Assembly: GCF_009914755.1 (NCBI RefSeq) | Contig: NC_060930.1 | Source of the DNA: the human T2T-CHM13v2.0 reference genome, Homo sapiens | DNA: 64,000 nt | Strand: one strand, 5' to 3' | In this document: piece by piece, positions 27,651 through 42,117 of the stretch | Position numbering within the stretch: position 1 is the stretch's first letter | How the letters are laid out: the number at the start of each line of letters is the position of its first letter | Notes under the pieces: generated by a model | Databases searched by the model: none | Told to the model about the DNA's origin: nothing | The model's input: the letters and a program-made list of their open reading frames with translations, nothing else | Made by a program: the position numbers and the translations under genes

Positions 27651-28102
27651 CTTTTTTTCCCTCCAGCTTTATTGAGGAATAATTGGCAAATAAAAATTGT
27701 ATATATTTAAGGTATCTAATATGATATTTTGTTACGCATATGCATTGTGAAATGATTACCGTAATCAAGCTAATTTACATATCCCCTCACATAGTTATCT
27801 TTGTGTGTGTGTATGCGTGTGTTAATAATAAAGATCTACTCTCTCAGCCAATTTCAAGTACATATACATTATTATTAGCTGTAGTCACCATTCATATCTC
27901 AGGTCTCTAGAACTTTTTCATTTAATAACTGAAAGTTTATGCCTTTTGACCAACGTCTCCCGGTTTTCCCAACCCCTTGATTCCTGGTAACCACCCTTCT
28001 ATGCTAAGTGAAAGAAGCCAAACACAGACCAATGCTGCATAGTTTTACTTATATGTGGAATTTTTAAAAGTACAACTCATAGAAACAGAGAGTAGAAGGG
28101 TG
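27651..28102 (-). mobile_element. L1MA-like 3' end with 5' inversion
   Basis: 27651-28001 antisense 3'UTR joined to sense 28000-28102 adjacent 3'UTR segment. Confidence 0.7.
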
Positions 28103-30324
28103 TGGTGGTCCTTTTGCTTATTAATATGACAAATTATATCAATAGGTATTATGTTGTTCAGCCATACTTGTGTTCCTGGGATAAACCTCATTTGATTGTG
28201 GTACATTTAAAAAAAGATACATTGTTGGACTTATTTAGTGAATACCTTATTAATGAGCTTTACATCTACACTCATGAGTGGAACAAACCTGTACTTTTCT
28301 CCTACTGCTATTATCTGGCATTGGAATCAGTGTCACACTAGCCTGTGGATGGAAGCTGGGCAGCTCTCTCTCTTGCTGGAAAAGTTTATATATGATAAAA
28401 ACTAACTATTTTTTAAAAGTTTGTAAAACCACCTGGGAATTTGGGGAATTTGGGGGAAAACGTTATTATTTCAATTTCCTTAATAGCCACTGATATACCC
28501 AAGTTCTCTATTTCTTCTTGGGTCAGTTTTGGAATTCTGTGTTTTTCTAGGAATGCCTCTCTTAGCATCATATTTTTTAGTGTGCTTCTTAATGTTTAAT
28601 TTTAATCATTGTAGTTGTTTCCTTTTTATTGTGTACTTGCTTATTTGTATCTTTGACTCTTGATAAGTTTTACTAGAGGTCCACCTAACTCATCTTTTAA
28701 AGAATTGATATTTTGGTTTGTTACTCTTCTCTGTTTTTATTTCTATTGTTTTCTCTTCTGTTGTTATCTGCTCTTTTCTATTTTTACTTCTTATATCTTT
28801 ACGTTTATTCTGATGCTCTTTTTCCAGCTTTTGAGTTAAATACTCATTTGTTTTTAACCTTTCTGTTTTCTTGATAAATGCATTTAAGTTTTCTTAGAAA
28901 TGCTTTGGCTATATCACATTTTGATATTAGTGCTTTTGTTACCATCAATGGTTAGTAGTTCTTCCTTTTTATGTATTTTTTAAAACCCAGTTATTTAGTA
29001 AAATTTAATGTAGTTTCCAAGCATATGGGATACTTTTGTTACTTATTGCTAATTTTTTGCAACATAGTCAGAGAAACACAGTCTGTACAATATCTTTCCT
29101 TTAGATTTACTGGGGCTTACATTAAGGCCTAACTGGACTTGCCTTATGGCTGAAAACGGTATCCAAATTTCATAAGTGTTCTGTATGTACTTATCTATAT
29201 CCTTTGTTCTATTTTATATGTTTTGAGGCAGTGCTACTAGGTGCATCAGGAAGTGACTGTTCATCTCTAGTAACTCTTCTTACTTAGTTAATATCAATAA
29301 AGCAACACTAGTTTTCTTTTGGCTAATATTTACCTGATACATCTTTTTTTTTTTTTTTTTTGCCATTCTTTTACTTTCAGTCTTTTTTTCATCCTTGTGA
29401 ATTGCTGACTATCACATAAAGAGCTTATATCTGGATTAAAAAAAATCTGATCTGACAATCTCTTTTAATAGGAGCAATTAATCCATTGTGCTTCCATTGA
29501 TATATTTGGATTGAGTTTTCTCGTCTTTGTCCCACATTCTCATTCTTTTATTCTTTCTGTCCTTGCCTTCATTTAGATTTATCATTTTTAATCATTTTCC
29601 CCCTTTTCCTAGTTTGGAAGTTTTCGTCCCCTATTTCTAAAGTTAACCCTAGAAATTTTAACACACACACTTTTAAAAGCTTCAAGTAAATGTTTTCACC
29701 ATATCCCAAACAGAAGAAGGACCTTTGAGCACTAACTTCAATCACATTTCTGAACATTTAGTTTCCAAACATATGGGTTATTTTAAAGCTGTCCTTTCAT
29801 TACCTTTTGCTAACTTATTGCAACATGGTCAGAGAAACACAGTCTGTACAATATTGTTTGTTTAGAATTTATTGGGGCTTATATTAAGACCCAATTTGAC
29901 TTGCCTTATGGTTGAAAACTGTATCCAAATTTCATGAGCGTTCCGTGCCGTACTTATTCTTCTGACCCTTTGGCTGCTTCTCTAGTTTTTTTAATTCGTA
30001 AAATGTTCTCTGTTGGTATTACTTTACTCAGTGTTTTATTAGATTTACACTCAGATTTAATCATTTTGCTCACAATTCCTCTTTGCACCTTTCCTCCTGG
30101 TATCACTGTCCTTTTGTTCTTTTTGCCTGAATTACTTCAAAAAATATTTTTAGCATTTTCATTAGAGGATTTATGTTTCTTTTAGAAAATACAGTCTAAG
30201 GTCCAATTGGTCTTTTGTTTTTGTAGTATGATCAGCAGGAGCCCCTCCTTTAACTAGAGCCTCTCCTCCAGCTCTCTAACAGAAGCTAGGTGAGAAGAAG
30301 AGACTTGTGTCAGAGGGACCCTCA

Positions 30325-30582
30325 GATAGACTGGAGTACGGTGTGCAATTTCGGGTCACTGCAGCCTTCGATCTCCCAGGCTTAAGCAATCCTCCCACTT
30401 CAGCCTCCCAAGTAGGTAGGACTACAGGTGCATGCCACCACACCCAACGGATTTTTGTAATTTTCGTAGAGACAGGGATTTGACATGTTGGCTAGGCTGG
30501 TCTTGAACTCTTGGACTCAAGCAATCTGTCACCTCAGCCTCCCAAAGTGCTGGGATTATAGGCATGAGCCACATGCCCAGCC
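30325..30582 (-). mobile_element. AluJ-like (partial)
   Basis: Alu consensus. Confidence 0.85.
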
Positions 30583-30764
30583 AGAGGATAATTTTTTTTT
30601 TAAGATTTTGAATTTTGCCTTCATCTACTTTCTTGGAGAGGTCTCCAGAATCAGGAAGGAGTCAGGAGGATAGTTCCTTCCTAGCTCAGTGCCCGGCATA
30701 TAGACACACTCCATAAGTATTTGTCAAGGGAATGGAGTAAGAAACTTAGAAAACCCAACATTTA

Positions 30765-31103
<339 letters not shown>

Positions 31104-31795
31104 CTATTTAAGCATTTATATGTAGTCACAAATAAATATTTATTATCAGTTGAGTTATCCATTCTTAACTGCATTAATCTATACAAAAGATATTTAGTAG
31201 TTCCCATCAAACTGAGTAATTCAACAGTAAAGATAGTCTTTAAATTGTCATACTCTTAGCACTTAATAAACATCGGTAAACAAAGTACTTGCCTTGGGAA
31301 AGCGCTGTAAAAACCACAGAGGATCTTTTGGTAGATTCTGTTCTTGCTCAGGAAAGACTGTTGGCCTTTATCATTGTTTACCACAGGGTGTCACTTCAGA
31401 GCAAGGTTTCAAAAAATGCCTTAACTTAGGGGAGCTTGGCTGTTAACCATAGGTCTGGCATTAAACATTGTTTTTAACAGAAGTTTTGTAAGTTGAAAAA
31501 TACAACACAGATGCCAAACATACGTTCACTGAAACTTGTGCCCAGTCGGCTACCCAAGATAAGTTCAGAAGCTCCTCAGATTGTACCTGTCTTCACTTTT
31601 CTTGGAAATGAAGAAAGCCGGGTTCTTGTGAGAGCAGGAGCACACCCCCTCTGCAGCCACCAACACATACACATGGATTTCACATTCTTTTAAGATGACT
31701 TGACTGCGTTTGTGTTTATTTTTGAGGTGTTCTGTGTATGTAGTTTTAACTCTGTTATGAAAATGTTGAAACGTGCTAGTGAAAAGTGGCATACA

Positions 31796-31809
31796 GTTAC
31801 CATGGAAAC
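31796..31809. promoter_or_regulatory. RFX X-box GTTACCATGGAAAC
   Basis: near-palindromic match to GTTNCCATGGNAAC in non-repetitive DNA. Confidence 0.6.
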
Positions 31810-32176
31810 AAAACTGAGCCAAGGACATCACTTAGTACCTGCAGCCTCTCCTGATGAAGTGCTGGTTCTTGTGCAGGAGCCTGTGCTCTCTGGAGAGCCA
31901 TGCCTTTGGTAAAGGTAAAGAACTTCACGAGCACTGCCACTTCGAAGAAGGTTTCTAAAAGTCTAGTGATTTCCATGTCCCTGAAGCCATCCAACTGGAT
32001 GATCCCTTGTTAGTAGGTTCACAAATTCCGCATAATTCATTCAAAGGGTGACCAGGTTATTTACACGATGTTCCTGGATTTCTCTCTTTGGTGGATGTAA
32101 CTAGTGTCTGTGCTGACAGATGCCTTGCTTTGCCCCAGGTATGCATGGGGGTGGAACATTGAAATTCAAGGACAAA

Positions 32177-33062
32177 CTTTGGGCTATTGCTACAAATTTG
32201 CCACCAAGAAAAAAAAAAAAAAGTTCCAGAAGGGGCAGAACAGGTAGTAAGGAAAAGAAACGTGGTGATTGTTGATCAGTGCCTAATTGAGGCTAGGTGG
32301 AATCCTTTTTAAGTGGTTTCTTTTGGCCCTGACTGCGGTATAGACACCACGGAAGATGCAAGCATGAATGTTGTTTGCCTTGAGGCTGAAAGAAAAGGAT
32401 AGAGTTGTAATTGGGTTCTTTTTTTTTATTTTTAAAAATCTTTGCCCTTGAAATGACGGGATCCCCCCAGAAAATATCCATCCAAACCCTTCAAACAAAT
32501 GGACACACCTAAGTCTAAGTGCAATGAGAAGAAAAGAGGTACTAGCTCCTATAAGATGCCTCTCACAGATAAGAGTATTTCTTAATGTGTTTCTTTTCTT
32601 TTTTTATTACAGAGAGGCCAGATACTGGCTGTTTCTTTTCTAAGTTCTGCAGAATGGGAATGTGATCTCTAATGAATTTTTCAGTTTATGAAAGTACTAT
32701 TATAGAATACTAATTAGGGTGTCCCATGAGGTCTGTCCTTAATAGTTATTACTAGTTACTATTATTACTAGTTTAATCCTTTTTGCTTTGAGATCATCCT
32801 TTTTCTTTCTCAATTGGTATTTCTTACCTCTCATTTATAATTTTCTTTTTTTCCAAATTCATATATTTATAGATTCCACCAAAAGGTAGTTTTATCAGAT
32901 CTTAAAGTGCTAAATATATTAACTGCTATTTGTCTTAAAGTGTTAAATGTATTAATTGCTATTTGTCTATTAATAAAGGCAGTTTCTTTTCCTTACTTCC
33001 TGTTCTGCCCCTTCTGGAACTTTTTTTTTTCTTAGTGGCAAATTTGTAGCAATAGCCCAAAG
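32177..33062. repeat. Inverted repeat, arms 32177-32261 and 32982-33062
   Basis: arms are reverse complements with 2 substitutions and A14 vs T10. Confidence 0.9.
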
Positions 33063-33249
33063 CATGGCCACTATAGCAAATATGTAGTGGCTATTTAGGT
33101 CTCTAAAGCTTGTGATGTTTCTCTACCTCTACCCTCACCACTAGGAGAATTAGAATAAGAGAACTGAAATAAACTCTTATCTGTTGTATTGAGATCTCCA
33201 TTGGGCATATCAGGTGTTTTATTTGTAGGAGCTTGGGTATTCTGCAGCA

Positions 33250-33650
33250 TTCATCTATTCATTTGTTGAACAAATGTTTATTGAGTGTCTACTATGTGCC
33301 AGACACTTCTGTAGGTGTCAGGGATATGGTAGTGAAGAAAAAAAATGCCTGCCCTCACTGGGCCTTACCCTCTAGTGTGGGAGACAGATGATGGACAAGT
33401 AAAACATGTAGTATGTTGTATGTGATAAAGGCTGAGAAGAAAATTAAGCTGGGAAGAGAGTGTGAAGAGTTGGGAGGCTACATTGAAATTTAAGGTTAGA
33501 TGGATGGAGAAATCCTTGGTGCAGATCTATGGGGAAGTGCTCTGGTCAGAGGTCAGAGGAGTCTCAAGTGCAAAGGCCTTGAGGTAAGACCGTGCCTGGG
33601 ATGTCCAAGGAACTACAAGGAGACCAGGATATCAGGAGCAGAGTGGAGGA
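33250..33650 (-). mobile_element. L2 3' fragment
   Basis: CATTCATCTATTCATTTGTTGAACAAATGTTTATTGAGTG L2 tail. Confidence 0.75.
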
Positions 33651-34332
33651 AGGGTCACTTCGTCTTTACCTCTCACTATCTGCCAGCCGCATCGCCCTGC
33701 CTCTCGCACATAGTAACGTCCACATATTCATGGAATGAATTAGTGAAATTGAATTCCAGAACTTTCAGAGAGAAAAACCAACAGCAACTAGACAGGCATG
33801 TGACAAAAGAGAAGTCAGATGATGTCACAACTAAAGGTACAGTGCGGGGGAGAGAGTGGTTTTAGGTGGGAGGGATAGAATCGAGTGGGGTTTGAAGTAA
33901 AGATGTCAAATACTTGGAGACACAAGTTGGCCGCTTGAGAGAGCTCAGGCAAGAGAGAGATTTGGAAGTGACAATTGAAGGTGAAGGATTGACGATTTCC
34001 TCTAGGGAGATGGCTTTGGGCAGGAACTCAGAGAGGGAGGGATTCATTCCATAGGCAGAACCTTGAGGATGGAGGAGAAGCGGGCAGCAAAGAAAAGGAG
34101 GAGTTGAGCATAAAGCCAGGGTTCTGTGAACCATGGTGGTGCCATTGATAAGATGATGAGGACCAGACATGTCTGGGATAAAAGTGAACATCAGAATAGA
34201 AAATATTTAGTGTTATGCTGAATTGAAATGGGAATCTATGTTCGAGTCTCTCAAAATCACTTGAGCTGTGAGGAGGCAAGATGGCCTCGTTTATGACGTA
34301 GCCTTCAGCATAGCGCCGATGTGCCCGTGTCA

Positions 34333-34346
34333 CCAGCAGATGGCGC
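34333..34346 (+). promoter_or_regulatory. CTCF core motif CCAGCAGATGGCGC
   Basis: full match to CCASYAGRKGGCRS within a small CpG-rich patch. Confidence 0.65.
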
Positions 34347-34740
34347 GCTCCGGGGTGTGAGCTGAAGCACTTCCAAAGGCCCATCTGCCTGGAAACCTTG
34401 CTGTCTTGCTATTTAGCTCAGAGCCCTGGAAGCGTTGCTTTTGATGTCTACCATTACTGCTTAACTTAGGAACGCTCTGCCTAGTGAGGGGTCTGTGCTA
34501 AGCAGAGTGTTCCTAAATGTAACTGAGCTCATCAAAGGGATGCCTGTTCCCATGTTCAGGTATCAGTAGACATCGTGCTTCGATACTTGGTTTGTGCCTA
34601 GTCAATGCACCGAATGATAACTCATTAGCAACAGGCAGGGGACAAGTTTCAGATGGTACTCTTCACAGTAAGACATTAACTGCCAAAAAATGAACAAGAT
34701 AATTTCGGGTCAAAAGGAAATGTGCTCTGTTTGCCTGTAG

Positions 34741-34842
34741 ACATACCAGAAGGTAGTTTTGCTAAGTCACAACAATCAAGATTGGAAGAAGAGGTTGCTT
34801 CGGGATCCCCTTTCTCAATAACAGAAGAAAGAGAGTTGCCAG
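34741..34842 (+). CDS. SYCP2L: SYCP2L coding exon (D)[33 protein letters not shown]
   Basis: tttgcctgtag acceptor, CAG|gtaaca donor, 102 nt; peptide seen in ORF 34722..34916. Confidence 0.93.
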
Positions 34843-35729
34843 GTAACATCATGCACCCAGCCAATGGTTCAAGTAGGAGTGGGATAAATGGGTCAGCACA
34901 GGATGTAACAACATGAATCACAAGGGAGGTATAGTTTTAAGATCATAGTAGCTACAAAATCCTAAAAACTAAGCTTTTGTGCTTTCGGAGACAAATAAGT
35001 TGTTGCACAAATTATAGATAAAAGCAAGTGCCATTATCCCCTAGCATTTTTATTTCTTCCTCGTAACTCTTCCTTCTGGGAATTTTCAGGGCCCAAGGGT
35101 TCCTAAAGTTATAGGTCTCTGATATAGTTGATAGTTATCAACCAAATTTTTGTGTGAGAAATATCTATACCGATTAAGAAGAATGATCTGGAATGTCTGC
35201 ATGTTTGAGGCTGGCCTTCTGGACAAATGGTACCACGCATTTTGAAACAAAGGGCTCCAACGCAACAGATTTGAAAGCATTGATTCCAGACAGCCTGGAT
35301 TTGAATCCAGGAGCTGCTGGTATGAGCATGCAAGACTTATGCAAGCTCTGTTAAATGGGAATCCTGACAGTACCTACTTCACACAATTTTTGTGAGACTT
35401 AATTGATGCTTGCAAATCCCTCAGAACAGCACCAGACCCCTTGCAAGCCCTCTGAAGACTGGCACCCAGAAGCAGTTACACCAGAGAAATACCCTAGCTA
35501 TATGTCCTCCTTAGAACCTATTACAACACCTTGGCCTGCTTCTTAGACAAAATGTCAGTTGCCCCGATTTAAAGTGCTGGGAAGATACAGAAGAAATGAG
35601 CACTTGCCAGAGAGCGAGGTCATGTCCGGGCAGTCAGCGGGGCTTCCATGGTTCGCATCTGTGCTTCCAAATAACTCATCCTCTGGGCAACTGATGAATT
35701 GAGCAAGTCTACTTTGAACACTTTGTTAG

Positions 35730-35885
<156 letters not shown>

Positions 35886-35899
35886 TAAAAAACTAGAGC

Positions 35900-36795
35900 G
35901 TTATGAATCTGGAGGACATTATGCTAAGTGAAATAAGCCAGACAGTACCACATGGTCTCACTTATATTGAAATCTAAAAAACGTTGAACTCAGAAACAGG
36001 GAGTAGAAGGGTGGTTACCAGGGGTCAGGGTTAGAGGAAATGGGAGATGTTGGATGGGGCATACAAACTTTCAGTTACAAGTTAATAAGTTCTGCAGACC
36101 TAACATACAGCATGGTGACTATAGTTAGTAATAATGTACTGTATACTTGAAATTCGCTAAGAGAGTATATCTTAAGTATTCCTACCACCCCCCAAGAAGG
36201 TAACTGTGTGAAGTAATGAATATGTTAATTTGCTTGATTGTGGTAATCATTAAAAAATCTTTTTTTAAGTAGAGATGAGGTCTCACTATGTTGCCTAGGC
36301 TGGTCTCAAACACCTGGGCTCAAGTGATCCACCTGCCTCGGCCTCCCAAAGTGCTGAGATTACAGGTGTAAGCCACCAAGCTTGGCCCGTGGTAATCATT
36401 TCACAGTTTATATGTATATCAATCATGTGTATACCTTGAATACATAACACTTTTGTTTTTAGTTTTTTAGAGATAGGATCTTGTTCTGTTGCCAAGGCTG
36501 GAGTGCAGCAGTGAAATCATAGTTCACTCTAACCTTGAACTCTTGGGCTCAAGTGATCCTCCCACCTAAGCCTCCCATGTAGCTGGGACTACAGGTGCAT
36601 GCCACCACACCTGGCTAATTTTTTAAAATTTTTTGTAGAGATAGGGTCTTTCTATGTTGCCCAGTATGGTCTTACACTTCTGGCCTAAGGTGATCCTCCT
36701 GCTTCAGCCTCCCAAACTGCTGAGATTACAGGTGTGAGCCACTGTACCTGGCCTGATTTTTATTTGTCAATTATACTTCAACAAAGCTGAAAAAG
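35900..36795 (+). mobile_element. L1MA/MB 3' end interrupted by two antisense Alus (36260-36388 monomer; 36450-36754 AluJ-like)
   Basis: ATGCTAAGTGAAATAAGCCAG...GTACTGTATACTTGAAATT motifs. Confidence 0.8.
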
Positions 36796-37154
36796 AGGAA
36801 AGAAGGAAAAGGTAGTTCATTATGAATTTAAAGTAACAAGTTCATATTACTTATCAATGCTGTTGTTGACCTTCATATGTGAAAGTGCTTCTAAGTGTTT
36901 GGGGAGGGGTATTTGTCTTAGCTGTGGTCACTGATTTCAGTCTTCGTGAATTGTGGTTTGTATTTATAAGACAGCTATTCCATGTCCATTTGCCCCAGTG
37001 GGACCAAGTGGACCTATGTGTAAATCAGACTGATAGTTTGGTTTCATTGGTAGCATTTTCAGACAACTGAACTACCAGAAAGCAATGATTTGGTCACAGT
37101 GATAGACAAGGAGGAGGGGAAGGATGGAACCAAGTGGGCTAGAGAGGAGTCTGG

Positions 37155-37458
37155 GGCCGGGCATGGTGATTCATGCCTGTGGATCCCAGCACTTTGGGAG
37201 GCCAAGGGGGGAGAATCGCTTGAGGCCAGGAGTTCAAGATCAGCCCGTGCAACATAGTGAGACCCTGTCTCTACAAAAAATGTTTTTAAAAATTAGCCAG
37301 ACATGGTGACATACACATGTAGTCCCAGCTACTCAGGAAGCTGAGGTAAGAGAATCCCTTGAGTCCAGCAGTTCAAGGTTACAGTGAGCTATGATCATGC
37401 CGCTGTGCTCCAGCCTAGGCAACAGAGCAAGACCATGTCTCTATTTTTTTTAAAAAAG
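37155..37458 (+). mobile_element. AluJ-like
   Basis: Alu consensus. Confidence 0.88.
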
Positions 37459-37780
37459 AGCAATCTGAGACAAAGACGGAGGTGGACTGTGGGTTGGTGG
37501 CCGGCTGAGTGGTGGCAGACCTTTGAGACACTGTGCATACAGCCCATCCCAAAATCTTGTCTACAAGATGAATATTGGAACCATTTCAGTCTTTTCCTTT
37601 TTTGTCCTGTTACTTATAATCCCAAATGACTTATTTATTAGTACATTTGAGAAAAGTATATTACTCTAACCAACATTCATTTAATTAACTTAGATCTCCA
37701 GAGTCTTATTTTCTGTGATACCAATGTAAGCCAATTAGTAATAGAAATTTATTCATAGTATTCATTGTGTGTATTGGTAG

Positions 37781-38182
37781 TATATTAGGCCATTCTTGAA
37801 TTGCTATAAATAAATACCCGAGACTGGATAATTTATTTTTTTTTAAAAAAAGAGGTTTAATTAGCTCAAGGTTCTGCAGGCCATACAGGAAGCATGGCAC
37901 TGGCATCTGCTTGGCTTCTGGGGAGGCCTCAGGGAGTTTTACTCATGGTGGAAGGCCAAGGGGGAGCAGGCGTGTCACATAGGGAGAGCAGGAGCAAGGG
38001 GCGGGGAGGTGCCACACACTTTCAAACAGCCAGGTGTCATGACTCGCTGTTGTGAGGATGGCACCAAGCCATGAGGAATCCGCCCCCGTGACCCGAACGC
38101 CTCCCACCAGGCCTCACTTCCAGTATCGGGGATTACATTTCAATATGAGATTTGGGTGGGGGCAAATATGCAAACTATATCA
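37781..38182 (-). mobile_element. MST (MaLR) solo LTR
   Basis: typical MST termini; 5-bp TSD GGTAG at 37776-37780 and 38183-38187. Confidence 0.88.
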
Positions 38183-38408
38183 GGTAGCATGAGTGTAAAT
38201 TTTTCTATTTCAACTTGTTCTGTATTGGTCCTGAACCTGGGGTAATACCTGACAGGTGTATAGGATGATGCCTGATCACACTTGCTTAGCACTCACATTT
38301 GCTATGAATATTATTACATGCTGGCAGCATCTTTTTAACACAAAGCATGCACTCAACTTATGTAATTATATTAAATGTGATCATCTTGTTATTGTTGTTA
38401 TGATTTAG

Positions 38409-38501
<93 letters not shown>

Positions 38502-38789
38502 TAAGTTTTAGGTTTCAAAACAAGGTCGTGGAAGTGTGATCACTCACCAACAGCGTTTATCTCATGAACACTGTGCTAGGGCCCTGAGGAGTTGGGGCCT
38601 GAGCAGATGTGAGGATTGATACATCATTTAACCCTTCTGGGTTTCCGGTTCTTCATTCATATGAAAAGGGTTTGAACTAAATGTCCATCTTAAGCCTCCT
38701 CATGGTCTACCATGATACTAAAATGCTGTTCTTAAAAAAATCATTATCCAGTTATGAAGAGAAGGCAAGCATGGAAATATATGTTAAAA

Positions 38790-39676
<887 letters not shown>

Positions 39677-40405
39677 TTAATTCAGAGTGATTACCAATGG
39701 AAGTGCTTCCTGAGTGAGGTTTTAGAAACAAAGATTTGAATGGCACAGGGAAGGTGAGAGTAGAAATTGTTCCTTTGTTGGAGAGAATGGCCTGTAAATG
39801 AAGGAAGGGAAGAAAGGAATGGCAAGTTGATTTGCTTAACTGAGACAGAAATTTTCTTAGGATGGAATACATTATTTGAATAGAAATTTTTACTATTTTT
39901 CAAAGTCTGGTGTGCATGCAATGTCCTTTGAATGTCAAAGCAAGCCCACGAAGGACTTTGGATCGGTGGAATTCCCATGCTCTTTCAGGGGCACACAGTT
40001 ATCTGTGTATTCACTCAGCAAATGCACACTGGGCAATGTCGGATACCAGGCCCTGTGCTTGGTATGAGAGTGAGGTGAGGATGAGTTTTAGGTGCTTTTC
40101 ATTGAAACATTTGACCTAATAGAGAAGACAAACTATAAGCAAGCAAATAAGAAAATTAACAAATAAGCAAATATGACCATTAGACAAAGAACAGTGACTC
40201 TTAGAAATGTTAGAGCTAAAATGTAGATGTGGGAAAAGAGTGTATTAGCTCATTCCTGACCACAGGTTTCAGGGCCAGCTTAATGCAAGAGAAAGGGGAG
40301 CAAGTGGAAGGTAGGAAGGGATGGGGAGCCTCAGTCTCATCTTCCCTGGAGTCATCTGTCCTTTTGTTCTCTACTAAAAAAAAATCAGCTTCCTCTGTGC
40401 TGCTA

Positions 40406-40801
<396 letters not shown>

Positions 40802-40864
40802 CTACATGTTCCCATGACAAGAAATGTCTGGAGAAGAGTCTGAAGTATACTTGTAATCAGATGA

Positions 40865-41101
<237 letters not shown>

Positions 41102-41127
41102 TAAACAAAACTTTTGTTCAATCTTAG

Positions 41128-41186
41128 GAATTCTGGGGGAAACAGTCTGCTGATCTGCAATCTTTCTGTGATCTGCAAGTGCTGAG
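41128..41186 (+). CDS. SYCP2L: SYCP2L coding exon EFWGKQSADLQSFCDLQVL(R)
   Basis: caatcttag acceptor after a 95-nt intron, GAG|gtactt donor, 59 nt. Confidence 0.92.
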
Positions 41187-42117
41187 GTACTTTGAAAGGT
41201 GTTCTTTCTAGAAGAATCTTGGTTGAAGTATGAGGTAATGCTTTAGCTAGAGAATGGGCAGTTGGTGACGGTAAAACTCCCATAACTAATGAAATAGCTG
41301 CATCTTTTGAACCGGCCACTTCTGTGGCACCTCCCTGAGGACAGAGTGCGGCTAATGATACCATTCGAGAGGCGTAAATCTTGAAAAGCCTGATGTCCAA
41401 TTTTCTGTGTTTTTTTAAAATCCCAATTTTTTTATTTTTAAGCAGTATTTTTTAAAATTAAAATGGTTAGATTTTGAGAAAAATGTTTAGGTTTCTAAGT
41501 AAACAGTTTTCAGTTTTATACAAATGTTCAGTTATATACAAAATTGTGCTTTTGATAGACTATATTCTATTTTACTCATTTACACATTTTTTAAAACAAC
41601 AAATGGGTTGATCCTGCTGTGGCTCCCTGCACTGTAATTCATCAGTACATCCTCTGGGGAAGCTCTTTCTATCCATTTGGGATATCGTCCCATCTTCTGG
41701 AGCCCAAGGAAGGGGAGAGTTGAGTCTGGATCCTCTACTTCTGCCCTGCGGGAAAATTCTAGTGTTCTTTCCCACTCGAATAATCAAAAGGAATCCCCAT
41801 ATAAATTTATAATAGTTAAAGCTTTATCTTCCAATTGAGAATCAGCTGCTTTCACAGAAATTTAAGGCACATGGTTTTAGGAAGGATATTCTTCCTAAAA
41901 CCTATGCATATATTCCTATGCATATATTCCAAAGCAAAAAAAAAAAATCTTTTAAAATTTGAGTTATCCATCCTGCCTTTTACTCCAATTACCACAGTTA
42001 ATGATGATGACTGTATGAACCATTTCCACAATCCCTCACACACCATCTCCCTCTGTGTATAGTTAAAGGTGATGACACCTTTTAAACCATCTTCACTTAA
42101 TACCCATGGTTGGTAGT

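Noticed and set aside
31481-31693. Acceptor tttttaacag followed by a 66-aa ORF, as a possible extra SYCP2L exon
   Set aside because: In the required phase it hits TAA within four codons and no convincing donor was found
41322-41342. Second possible CTCF motif on the - strand
   Set aside because: Mismatches at core positions; too weak to call
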